From Meyerozyma guilliermondii (Eukaryota): a stretch of 64,000 nucleotides of DNA. The stretch is from NCBI GenBank assembly GCA_051546255.1, contig CP128815.1, positions 1,798,001-1,862,000 on the forward strand. The letters are read 5' to 3'. The position numbers were made by a program, and so were the translations under genes. This document shows, one piece after another, positions 53,037 to 62,760 of the stretch. Positions within the stretch are counted from its first letter, which is position 1, and every line of letters starts with the position of its first letter. The notes beneath the pieces are model-generated. The model was not told where the DNA came from and searched no databases. It worked only from the letters and a program-made list of their open reading frames with translations.

Positions 53037-53975
53037 ATGGAAAGATTACAAAGACTTCTTGGGTCTGGTGCCGGCCTTGGAGGCTCTGCTGCCTCCCCTG
53101 CGGACGGACCAGCCATAGATAATGCAGAAACTGTTCATATCTCCTCGTTAGCTTTGCTAAAAATGTTGAAGCATGGACGTGCTGGTGTGCCAATGGAAGT
53201 TATGGGATTAATGTTGGGAGAATTTGTAGACGAGTTCACTATACATGTTATAGATGTGTTTGCCATGCCTCAATCTGGTACGGGAGTGAGTGTGGAGGCG
53301 GTGGATGACGTATTTCAGACAAAAATGATGGACATGTTGAGGCAAACTGGGCGCGACGAAATGGTCGTTGGATGGTACCATTCACATCCTGGATTTGGAT
53401 GTTGGCTTTCGTCAGTGGATGTCAATACACAGCAATCGTTTGAGCAATTGAACAAGCGGGCGGTGGCTGTGGTGGTGGATCCTATTCAGTCGGTCAAGGG
53501 TAAGGTTGTCATTGATGCTTTCAGAACTATCGATACCACCACGTTGATGATGGGACAAGAGCCTCGTCAAACCACATCGAATGTGGGGCATCTTAACAAA
53601 CCGCTGATCCAGGCATTGATCCATGGTTTGAACCGTCATTATTACTCGCTCAACATCGATTACCACAAAACCTCATACGAAACCAATATGCTTCTCAACC
53701 TCCACAAAAAGTCGTGGCAATCTGGGTTAAAGATGGTGGACTACAATCACAAAGAGCACGAAAACTTGGAGAACATTGACCAGATGGTGAAAATTGCCAA
53801 GTTGTACAATCAACGGGTACAGGAAGAGAAAGAGTTGCTGGAGGACCAGTTGAAGACCCGATATGTGGGGAAGCAAGACCCCAAAAAACATTTGGGGGAT
53901 ACCGCTGATCTTGCCATAGAGGAAAACGTCACATCTTTGTTAACGGGCAACTTGAATGCATTAGCTATCCAGTAA
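53037..53975 (+). CDS. RPN11: Proteasome lid JAMM deubiquitinase Rpn11
   Basis: [21 protein letters not shown] motif. Confidence 0.98.
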   Translation: MERLQRLLGSGAGLGGSAASPADGPAIDNAETVHISSLALLKMLKHGRAGVPMEVMGLMLGEFVDEFTIHVIDVFAMPQSGTGVSVEAVDDVFQTKMMDMLRQTGRDEMVVGWYHSHPGFGCWLSSVDVNTQQSFEQLNKRAVAVVVDPIQSVKGKVVIDAFRTIDTTTLMMGQEPRQTTSNVGHLNKPLIQALIHGLNRHYYSLNIDYHKTSYETNMLLNLHKKSWQSGLKMVDYNHKEHENLENIDQMVKIAKLYNQRVQEEKELLEDQLKTRYVGKQDPKKHLGDTADLAIEENVTSLLTGNLNALAIQ

Positions 53976-54040
53976 GTATCAATAAGTACATTTCATGAAG
54001 TCTACAAATTCGGTGCGAAATCTCATCTCTTTTTGCAATC

Positions 54041-55504
54041 ATGTCAAATGAAGAGCCTCCACCAAAACGACAACGAAAAGATTCAGGGTCCCATAACGAT
54101 GACCATGTAGCATCCAATGACTCAGAAGCATACATCGATACCATCAATCGCAACAAAATTGACTTTGATTTCGAAAAATTATGCCTGGTATCGCTTTCTA
54201 AATCCAATGTTTACTGTTGTTTAGTATGTGGAAAATACTTCCAAGGCCGTTCTGTATCTTCTCCAGCCTACAACCACTCGATAGAATGGAATCACCACGT
54301 GTTCATGAATTTGCAAACCCACAAGACATATATTCTTCCTGAAGATTATCAGGTCACCTCACCAAAAGCATTAAAACACCTTCAAGATATCATTTATCTT
54401 TTGAATCCCACATATTCACAACAAGATGTTGCTCGACTAGACACGGAACCTTCTGCTTATGACTTGACCCATAAACCGTATTTTGTTGGTTACATTGGTC
54501 TCAACAAGATCTCCAAAAATGACTACTCTAATGTTATAGTTCAAGCACTTGCACATATACAGCCCATTCGAGACTTTCTCCTCCTACTTCCTAACGATTC
54601 TTTATACGAAGTTCTCGAGCACAAGTACCCTCTTGTATCAATGTTTGGACTCATGGTGAGAAAGATTTGGTCTCGTCATTTATTTAAACCCCATGTCTCA
54701 CCCCACGAATTTCTTCAACTCGTGTCTTTGATGTCCAAAAAGAGCTTTAGCATCACTCACCAAAGCTCACCCAAGCACTTCATGGTGTGGTTTCTCAACC
54801 AGCTCCACTCCCAATTGACGAGGGCCATAGGAAAGAAGCGAACCATTTTGTCAAAAACACTACAAGGAGAAATAATAGTTACAACAATTCCAGTTGTTCA
54901 GAAACAAGCCTCGGATAGCACCGTTCAATTCGAACGCCAAGAGAGCATGAAAAAGATCTCCATCCTGAAATTCTGGCACTTGTCATTGTCTTTAGGACCA
55001 GCCTCGGCTCTCAAAATACAAGATACCAACGATACCGTTCCACAAGTTAGCATTGAGCTGCTACTACTGAAGTATGATGGAACTACAACCTCCCAAGCAT
55101 CGGCATCGGAATTACGAACCTACAAACTCAAATATCCTGGTCCTCCTTTTCTTATAATGCACATTGATCGCAACTTGGAGGAAGGAAATATACGTGGAAA
55201 CCCAACTGTGGTCAAGTTTCCAATGGTATTGGACATGGCACCATATATTGAGGGCGAAATTGGACCTCAGAAATACCAACTAGTGTCGAGCATCAAGCAT
55301 CATTATGTTGCTGGTGACACCATTGATCACAAGCACGACAAACAGCAGTGGTCAATATCGCTTCTTGCAGATAGCCACAAGTCTGAATGGGTACATATCC
55401 AAGATCTTGACGTTACAAAAGTCGACGGTGAGTTTCTCTTTCTAGATGAGACGTATATTCAGGTATGGAAGCGGATGGAATCAAGTCATGTCTTAGGTGA
55501 CTAA
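54041..55504 (+). CDS. SAD1: Tri-snRNP factor Sad1 (ZnF-UBP plus inactive USP domain)
   Basis: DTINR..IDFDFEKLC...NVYCCLVCGKYFQGR; NDY in place of the catalytic Cys box. Confidence 0.92.
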   Translation: MSNEEPPPKRQRKDSGSHNDDHVASNDSEAYIDTINRNKIDFDFEKLCLVSLSKSNVYCCLVCGKYFQGRSVSSPAYNHSIEWNHHVFMNLQTHKTYILPEDYQVTSPKALKHLQDIIYLLNPTYSQQDVARLDTEPSAYDLTHKPYFVGYIGLNKISKNDYSNVIVQALAHIQPIRDFLLLLPNDSLYEVLEHKYPLVSMFGLMVRKIWSRHLFKPHVSPHEFLQLVSLMSKKSFSITHQSSPKHFMVWFLNQLHSQLTRAIGKKRTILSKTLQGEIIVTTIPVVQKQASDSTVQFERQESMKKISILKFWHLSLSLGPASALKIQDTNDTVPQVSIELLLLKYDGTTTSQASASELRTYKLKYPGPPFLIMHIDRNLEEGNIRGNPTVVKFPMVLDMAPYIEGEIGPQKYQLVSSIKHHYVAGDTIDHKHDKQQWSISLLADSHKSEWVHIQDLDVTKVDGEFLFLDETYIQVWKRMESSHVLGD

Positions 55505-56433
55505 TACTCATCAATGATGTTGTAGCATTGTGTTACAAAGTTTTGGTGCTGTTGCACCAAGTTTGCAAGGCCGGTTTCCGGTAAAATCTCATTTGCTAGT
55601 ATTGCCAAGGCAACTAGTTTGAAACTTATAATCTTCGTTAATGGATCATGGCCAGTGGCATATTCTATGAGAAGCGGTAATTCCTGCTCAAATTGCTTCA
55701 ACTTGTCTTGGTAGACGATTTGTAATGCTTCCTGATCTAGTGCATTCCAAATTTTACCAGGAAACAAATTTGGGTTTCGAGTTCGGATATCGTTCCACTC
55801 TGGTATTTCTTCTTGTACGGCCAAAGTCTGCAAAAATGTCATATTTCCAGATTTTTTGGCACCAGCGTTCCAATTGAAGATTCTTTCATACTTATTCTTT
55901 CCTTGAGGGTCGCAAATCAATGTTAAAATCCACAAATCTTGAATACATGAGTCCACCATACTATTGATTAATTTCGCTTTTGGATCGGATTCAAAATTAT
56001 TGTTGGTCACTATGGATGCGAGTAATCCTTTCTTTGGTATGGTATTACGAACCTGGGTTCTTTCGTTGGTTTCGATTATTATGGGAAGTTCATTATTGGA
56101 GGCGGCAAGGTATGACAAGCTGAGTATTGAATGTGGTGAAGTTTTGGACTTTGAGTTTTCTCGTGGCAATTTTAGACCATTTTTATAGCAAAGTATGAGA
56201 GAATGTGCTAGAGCTACCGGTGTGGAAGGAATTATCTTCAGATTTACGCCGATAACTCCATCGACTCCAAGAATAAAGTTGTGATCGGGTGCTTTTTCGG
56301 GGTCATCTGAAATGAAATAGAAGCGACTTTTTTCAATATCTGAATGGTCACCGAGTGGAGTAGCCTCGTATGTACTTAGGGGAAAGGTATCAAACACCGA
56401 TTTGACCCATTGAGGCACTTGGAGTCTGCTCAT
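55501..56433 (-). CDS. SAM35: SAM complex subunit Sam35 (metaxin-like)
   Basis: VPQWVKSVFDTFPL.TY N-terminal motif and ASNNELPIIIE. ATG at 56433. Confidence 0.8.
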   Translation of the reverse strand: MSRLQVPQWVKSVFDTFPLSTYEATPLGDHSDIEKSRFYFISDDPEKAPDHNFILGVDGVIGVNLKIIPSTPVALAHSLILCYKNGLKLPRENSKSKTSPHSILSLSYLAASNNELPIIIETNERTQVRNTIPKKGLLASIVTNNNFESDPKAKLINSMVDSCIQDLWILTLICDPQGKNKYERIFNWNAGAKKSGNMTFLQTLAVQEEIPEWNDIRTRNPNLFPGKIWNALDQEALQIVYQDKLKQFEQELPLLIEYATGHDPLTKIISFKLVALAILANEILPETGLANLVQQHQNFVTQCYNIIDEY

Positions 56434-56585
56434 ATAGTTTAAGACAAATGAAAATTTGGATGTTCGCACAGTAATGGATTACATACATAGATCTAGTAGA
56501 CGTGAATTAGTTCGTTGGCATACGCCGTTGGGCCACTTATAGGGTCACCCTGGGCATAGTATGCAAAAAGAATATGCGCTTGGCT

Positions 56586-57257
56586 CTAATCTTCCTCTTC
56601 AGGTATCAAGTCGATGGTCAAATCATGCCATGTTTCGCCGGCAAACTTGCATTCGCTATGGCCGTGATCGTTGAATCCGATCTTTTCGTAGAATGGCACC
56701 AATTCCTTGTGAGCAATGATCACCACCTTATCGCCCAAGTCCTGGTTGGAAAGTTTTTGGATGTAATCGTGCATCAATAACGTCCCCAAGTTATTACCTT
56801 GCCAATCAGGATCGATCACCAAAGCATGTATTCCCACGTACCTCGAGCTCTCCTGGTGCCCTGCGTTCTTGTCATTGTCACTTGGCAACGCCATCGACGA
56901 TTCGGTTATACGGTTAGAATGAATCTTGGTGGCCAAAATATGACCGATTAACGTCTCACTCACCACCGACGAAGTGGGAGGAAGTTCGTCCAAATCGTCT
57001 TTTCCGGAGCTCTCGTCGTCATGCTCCTTTTCCCGCTTCTCCGCCACCTCCGGGAGATTTATAGCGTTGTATTTATAGTTGTATTCTCTGATGAATAAGC
57101 CCGAACACAACTCGGGACACACGGTGAGTCGATACTCGATTTTTTCACGAGCAGCGCGTTCATGTTCCGGGAATCCCCTGGCCTCTAGCTCCACGCACTT
57201 GTCAACATCTTCTACAGTCAATGGCCGTATGCTCAAATTTGGTGGAAAGTCCGACAT
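56586..57257 (-). CDS. PAA1: GNAT polyamine / arylalkylamine acetyltransferase Paa1
   Basis: IRPLT..D, GFPEHERA, RLTVCPELCSGLF, LIGHILAT, LVPFYEKIGF. Confidence 0.9.
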   Translation of the reverse strand: MSDFPPNLSIRPLTVEDVDKCVELEARGFPEHERAAREKIEYRLTVCPELCSGLFIREYNYKYNAINLPEVAEKREKEHDDESSGKDDLDELPPTSSVVSETLIGHILATKIHSNRITESSMALPSDNDKNAGHQESSRYVGIHALVIDPDWQGNNLGTLLMHDYIQKLSNQDLGDKVVIIAHKELVPFYEKIGFNDHGHSECKFAGETWHDLTIDLIPEEED

Positions 57258-57339
57258 AGTGTCCGGGTGTTTGAAAAGCAAATGTCATTCGAGCGAGGCG
57301 TGTGTGCGCCCAGTGCACCGGCCCCGACCTGGGGAAGTC

Positions 57340-58572
57340 TTACTCCAAGTCTGACGGCTTGATATGCTCGGGGGTATCGGCGTTTACGAGAGATGATCCC
57401 ACTTGCCAAAGATGGACGATATTGTCATCTGCTACTGATCCCAAGGTCCAATCTTTATATGGACACCAACTGAGGTCCATTACTCCACCTGTGTGTCCTG
57501 CATGCATCATGAAGAGTTCCGGGCACCCATCTTCGGCGTCTTCTTGGGCCTGCTCTTCTCCGATCTTGAAGAGGTCCCAGAGGATCAAACGTCTATCCTG
57601 TGAGCCTGTGGCGAGAATTCCGTCTTTGTGTGGTGAAAACTCCATGCTTGTAAGTGCATCGGAATGTCCCATCATTGTATGTAGGAGTCCTTCTTTTTTG
57701 GTAGACAGTGAAAGTTTTCTGGTATCTATGAGGCCAATGTTGGAATTGGCGTTTCCAAGAGCCACCAAGTGGTGTGAGAAGGGTGAAAACGAGAGTGTGT
57801 TGATGCCTTTGGCTGTATCGTCGTGGTATACCGAGACAGGCGTAGTAGCCGAGGCTCGAATGTCAAACAATCTGAACCGATTATCGTCCGAAACCGAGCC
57901 AAAAACATGGGCTTCGTGGCCATGCCACTTGGCATCATTCACTATATCGTCGTGTGAAGTCGTTTTAAAAACCTGCGCTTCATTGGTTGCAATTTTTGAG
58001 TAGTCGCTGACAATTGCCGATTTGTCGTCTGAAGACGTAAGTAAATATCCCTTGAGATATGGGTTCCAAGAAAGCCCGTATCCATTCTCGTCGTGGGGTG
58101 TATAATGCTGTTTTGCAGCCTTGGAATCGTCGGTTCTGTCGTAGAAATCGATCTCTCCTCCGCCATTGATGGTAGCTACAATGTTCGGGTCTTGTGGCAT
58201 GTACCTCGCCCGGTTTATCTCGTGGTTGTTTGCAAACTTTTTGGTGATTTTGAGACGAGACATTGGTTTATCACCACTACTTGAAACCGGTATTTGAGTA
58301 TTGGCAATTTTCAAGTAATTAGTGTCTTCGCCAGAAGTATGTGTGCCCAAAAGTAACGAAGACTCATAAGCATCTCCCTCTATAGTATGCTCGGGAAGCC
58401 ATTGAATGGTCAAAGATGGCCAAGTTAGCGCAGTTTCGCTCACGAATTCGTACATGTATCGACAGTTTTTCCGCCATAATTGGTATTCTTCGTTTATGCT
58501 CAATTCCTCATTGGGCTGGTTTTCGAACTCTGTGGCGGCCGCCACGGCTTCAGCTGCCTCTTGAATCGACAT
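57340..58572 (-). CDS. HAT2: Histone acetyltransferase B subunit Hat2 (RbAp46/48 WD40 family)
   Basis: EEYQLWRKN, ALTWPSLTIQWLP, EINRARYMPQ, EDAEDGCPELFMMHAGH. An Msi1 assignment is less likely. Confidence 0.85.
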   Translation of the reverse strand: MSIQEAAEAVAAATEFENQPNEELSINEEYQLWRKNCRYMYEFVSETALTWPSLTIQWLPEHTIEGDAYESSLLLGTHTSGEDTNYLKIANTQIPVSSSGDKPMSRLKITKKFANNHEINRARYMPQDPNIVATINGGGEIDFYDRTDDSKAAKQHYTPHDENGYGLSWNPYLKGYLLTSSDDKSAIVSDYSKIATNEAQVFKTTSHDDIVNDAKWHGHEAHVFGSVSDDNRFRLFDIRASATTPVSVYHDDTAKGINTLSFSPFSHHLVALGNANSNIGLIDTRKLSLSTKKEGLLHTMMGHSDALTSMEFSPHKDGILATGSQDRRLILWDLFKIGEEQAQEDAEDGCPELFMMHAGHTGGVMDLSWCPYKDWTLGSVADDNIVHLWQVGSSLVNADTPEHIKPSDLE

Positions 58573-58668
58573 GCGTGCTACAAGTGTGAAGTGTTTGCTG
58601 AAATCCACGCGTATTACACCCACACACCACATATAGCTCCGGCGGCTACTTGTAGTTACTCTATCATA

Positions 58669-61134
58669 TTACACTAAACTATTTTGTGGTAAGCTCGATC
58701 TCCGGTCGGCGGTGTCGACGTCGAGCAGCCACGCCGATGTAGACAGTGTAGGGAGGTTATTTTCGTAGTGGTCAATGACTTTGAGTGCATCAGAGATATG
58801 CTCAAAGTATGGGGTATTAGGCTCAGTCAAGTTGTAGATATCACTTGTAGCCGTACCAATGGATCCTGTGGTCGATGGAGGACGGAATGGGTTTGTGGAA
58901 TAGTACCCCAAAATGTTCAAATCATTAAATAGACGTTTCTCCAACCCAGTATTCTTGAGCCTATACCGAATCTTTTCATCCTTATGGACTCGGACAAAAA
59001 ATGAAAAGATTCCTCGCTTGCGATATCCTTCCAACAACGTGGTGAGCATCTGTGCAGCAGACGAGTCCAATCCACTCATTCCCTTAAAGTCAAATATTAC
59101 GTACTGGGTCTGTGTTCTCGTACGTTTTGTAGCTGGATGTACTCTTGTTGAACCGTATAACTCCAAGCGCCGGAGTCGGGCTTGCAAATCGTTGGTATTG
59201 GTAAATGTTAACGGCTCGGGAATACGTATGATAAGGCACCCCTCGACTTCCTCGAGCACATCTTTATTGAGGTGTCTTGAGAACTCATCGGTGAAGAAAT
59301 TGAGGGTTTGAGATGGCTGTTTTTCAGCAGTTGTATCCAGAGTGGTCAACGAGTCCGAGACAAAATCAGCAGCAACAAAATGGTTGGTGTTTGGGAACCG
59401 GCCCAAAATTTGGATTCTTGATGATGCTGAATGTTTAATCACCCGGATCAACAGATAGATCAAGCCGACCGCTATTCCTGCTTCCATAGAAACGAAAACG
59501 GTGGTCAACACTGTTACAAAAAACGTCACCAATTCATTGTATCCACGAGCCCTCCAATGAAAGTAAATGTCGTACGGAGCTTCTTCAATCAACAGAATAC
59601 CAATGGTAGCGGTGACAACACTCAAGATACACTTTGGAATGTAGTAAAGGAAGTCAAGAAGACATAGCATGGTGAGAAGAGCAAAAAGACCCATTATAGC
59701 ACCCAGAACCGTGGTTTTCGCACTCATGGCGTTTATCTTGGATCTTCCGTATCCACCAAAAGCAGGAAGTGCACCAAAGAGCGAGCCGATAATATTGATG
59801 AATCCAAGGGCCACAAGTTCACGATTGGATGAGATTGGAAGATCATAGGTTGATCCCAAAGATTTCAGGGCCGTTGTCGATTCGAAAAATCCCAACATTG
59901 CACATAAAAACCCAGAAGTACCCACAGCTTTAAATAGAGGCCAACGATGTGGCGATAATGGGTTATAAAGTATGGCTCCATTTTCGTCGACGTCGCGCTT
60001 AATTCTTCCAACGATTTGCACGCCGCCTTCATTCCAATGAAACTGCGAGTTCAACCAGGTGGCTATAGCGACCGTTACCAAGATTTCCGGAAAGTAGGTG
60101 ATTTTGCGAGCGTATTGACTTTTGGTTTTGGAGATGATTTTTTTGAAGGTTCGCATCGAAATCACCGCTATTAACCCCACCAAACTTATTTTGAACGTTA
60201 GCATATGGGTGTGATGAAGATTGCTAACGACAAACTTGGCCTTGTCGAAGCATGTATGTATTTCGTCGCCGGTTTCGCTAGCGTGTTTCAAAGCGTCTGT
60301 AAGGCCCAACATGTCGACACTCGCACCCACTGCCATGATGATTCCAACACCACTAATAAAGCCTTTCAAAAGCGAGCCATTGAGGACATTGTCGAGAAAC
60401 CCAAACCTGCCGAGACCAAATCCTAATAGGGTAGCACCACTAATAAAAGTCATCACCACGACCAAGTCCATAGGATCGAGTTTTTTCTTGTGGTGGATTA
60501 ACGGCTCTACTGCCTGTCCCACTATCAACGAGATGGCGGCTTCTGGGCCAGTGATCATCTGCGGAACGCTTCCAAATACCATGTAGATGAGCGGAGCAAT
60601 GGTCAACGAGAGCAATCCGCACACAATTGGTACGTGGGCTAAAGACGAAGCATAGGAAAGTGAGAGTGGGAGCTGGAAAAATACCAACGATAATCCACCA
60701 ATGAGGTCTCCGACAAAGTAAGACAAGTCGTATTTGAATATCCACGACGCAATGGGAAGATAGTATGGAAGAATCTCAGACCACTCCAAATGGTCCAATT
60801 GGTGAGGATGCGGTAGCTCGCCATGTAGATGGTCAGCCACATTGGAATCGACCACTCCAGAAGAATGGAACACCACCGACTGAACATCGTCTTGTTGGGT
60901 GAATCTGGCGGAGGAAAATCCATGGTTTGGCTCATCCCGACCCAGAGTTGGTGGTGACTCCTCGGCTCGACTCCTTATTGATGAGTAGACATCTCGCTCT
61001 CGGGCACTTAGTAATGGCTGGCGTTCCTTATTAACTCTTGTTTGCGAAACGGGCCGTCGACTGGGTGAGGGACTGCTCATTCTCTGATCATCTTTGGGAG
61101 ATTTTATGGGCGGAGAGCCAATTGGTTTGGACAT
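58669..61134 (-). CDS. SulP/SLC26 anion permease with STAS domain (YPR003C-like)
   Basis: GDLIGG, VFGSVPQMITGPEAA, SSNRELVALG, GGYGRS and a C-terminal STAS region. First ATG at 61134. Confidence 0.9.
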   Translation of the reverse strand: MSKPIGSPPIKSPKDDQRMSSPSPSRRPVSQTRVNKERQPLLSARERDVYSSIRSRAEESPPTLGRDEPNHGFSSARFTQQDDVQSVVFHSSGVVDSNVADHLHGELPHPHQLDHLEWSEILPYYLPIASWIFKYDLSYFVGDLIGGLSLVFFQLPLSLSYASSLAHVPIVCGLLSLTIAPLIYMVFGSVPQMITGPEAAISLIVGQAVEPLIHHKKKLDPMDLVVVMTFISGATLLGFGLGRFGFLDNVLNGSLLKGFISGVGIIMAVGASVDMLGLTDALKHASETGDEIHTCFDKAKFVVSNLHHTHMLTFKISLVGLIAVISMRTFKKIISKTKSQYARKITYFPEILVTVAIATWLNSQFHWNEGGVQIVGRIKRDVDENGAILYNPLSPHRWPLFKAVGTSGFLCAMLGFFESTTALKSLGSTYDLPISSNRELVALGFINIIGSLFGALPAFGGYGRSKINAMSAKTTVLGAIMGLFALLTMLCLLDFLYYIPKCILSVVTATIGILLIEEAPYDIYFHWRARGYNELVTFFVTVLTTVFVSMEAGIAVGLIYLLIRVIKHSASSRIQILGRFPNTNHFVAADFVSDSLTTLDTTAEKQPSQTLNFFTDEFSRHLNKDVLEEVEGCLIIRIPEPLTFTNTNDLQARLRRLELYGSTRVHPATKRTRTQTQYVIFDFKGMSGLDSSAAQMLTTLLEGYRKRGIFSFFVRVHKDEKIRYRLKNTGLEKRLFNDLNILGYYSTNPFRPPSTTGSIGTATSDIYNLTEPNTPYFEHISDALKVIDHYENNLPTLSTSAWLLDVDTADRRSSLPQNSLV

Positions 61135-61571
61135 AGAACCAAAATAGTCATCGGCGTCCAAAGCGAAGCCGCTGTGGGATGCAGGAGCGTCGTTACGCGC
61201 GGTGGCCGCCGTGGTTGCAAGTTGCAGCCGTGTGGACCGTTCGCGGCGGAAGGTAGTTGGTGATAGGGAGATTGAGTGGCGAGAAAGGAAAAGGAAACAA
61301 CAAGCAAATTAAGATATGGGGGAAGGGGGGAGGGTTCATTAACAGTAATGAGAAAAAAAGAGTCATTTGTTTTCTTTTTGAAGATTGTGTGATCGTCACA
61401 AACTCGCAAGCTCCTCACTTAAACCGTCTTTTCCTTTTCGTCAACTTTTCTCTCGTCAACTCTACCATTCCTCTTTACTGACTCCTTAACCGTTGCTGAT
61501 AATTTGGTGTTTCGTGTCCTGCATACACTGCTCCCTCGCCGATACCGGATTTTTCATCGCCTGACTCACCA

Positions 61572-62558
61572 ATGAAGTACATCCAGAAGCGTCTCTTCTC
61601 CCTCACGAGGAGATGTCTCGATTCGCTTGTCTTTGTGGAAACGGCTAGCGGAAAGGTTACCTCGGGGTCTCTTTCCACCATCACAGCTGCAGCGCAATTG
61701 GGTGAGCCTGTAACTGCGTTGGTTGCGGGAAGTGAAGGAGAAGGTGTTTCGAAGCAAGCTGCCGGTATAGAAGGTGTTTCGAATGTTCTCGTGGCCAAGG
61801 ACGCCAAGTTTGATCACTATTTGGCGGAAGAGTTGTCGCCATTGATTAAAAGTGTCATTGAATCTCGTAATTTTTCACACTTTGTCACACCATCCTCAGC
61901 CGTTGGAAAGTCGTTGCTTCCACGTCTTGGAGCAATTATGGACCTCCAGCCGGTGAGCGAGATCATCAAGGTGGAAGCTAAGGATACATTTGTGCGCCCT
62001 ATATACGCAGGCAATGCATTGGCGACGGTCAAGTCGAATGAAAAGACAATTCTTTTCAGTGTCAGACCTTCTGCTTTCGCTCCAGCTGCTACTGGTAGCG
62101 CTGAGGTTCCTATAGAGGAGATAAGTGCCGACACAGACTCACAGTCTCGGACGGAATTTGTTTCAGAAGATTTGGTTACTTCCGAAAGACCAGATTTAGG
62201 TTCTGCTAAAATCGTGGTAGCAGGCGGACGAGGACTTAAAGACAAGGAAACTTTCGACAAGTTGCTAGAGCCCTTGGCTACCAAGCTCAATGCTGCCGTT
62301 GGAGCCTCTAGAGCAGCAGTAGATGCTGGATACTGTGATAATTCATTGCAAATTGGTCAAACAGGCAAGGTTGTGGCCCCGGATTTGTACATAGGTATTG
62401 GTATTTCCGGTGCCATCCAGCATTTGGCCGGAATGAAGGACTCCAAGACCATCGTTGCCATCAATAAGGACCCAGAAGCTCCACTTTTCAACGTTGCCGA
62501 TATCGGGTTGGTAGCCGACTTGAACGAGTCGTTAGCCGAGTTGACGGAAAAGTTGTAA
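61572..62558 (+). CDS. AIM45: Electron transfer flavoprotein alpha subunit, mitochondrial
   Basis: [39 protein letters not shown]; basic N-terminal presequence. Confidence 0.95.
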   Translation: MKYIQKRLFSLTRRCLDSLVFVETASGKVTSGSLSTITAAAQLGEPVTALVAGSEGEGVSKQAAGIEGVSNVLVAKDAKFDHYLAEELSPLIKSVIESRNFSHFVTPSSAVGKSLLPRLGAIMDLQPVSEIIKVEAKDTFVRPIYAGNALATVKSNEKTILFSVRPSAFAPAATGSAEVPIEEISADTDSQSRTEFVSEDLVTSERPDLGSAKIVVAGGRGLKDKETFDKLLEPLATKLNAAVGASRAAVDAGYCDNSLQIGQTGKVVAPDLYIGIGISGAIQHLAGMKDSKTIVAINKDPEAPLFNVADIGLVADLNESLAELTEKL

Positions 62559-62613
62559 AAACAATATAATGTGCAAAAAACAATACAATGTGATAAAAAC
62601 AATACAATGTGAT
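62557..62613. repeat. Three imperfect ~19-bp tandem repeats, AAAAACAATA(C/T)AATGTG, just downstream of AIM45
   Basis: Visible directly after the stop codon. Confidence 0.7.
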
Positions 62614-62760
62614 ATTTGTAGAGAAGAAGGGACTTTCTTCTTCATCGACAAATTTTTTTGATCTTCAATTCCTTTTGGTTTCCCTTGGTCTCTCTTCTCC
62701 TTCCTGCACACACGCACACTACATCCTCTCAGCCGTTCTGCTCTCTTTAATCTCATCATC

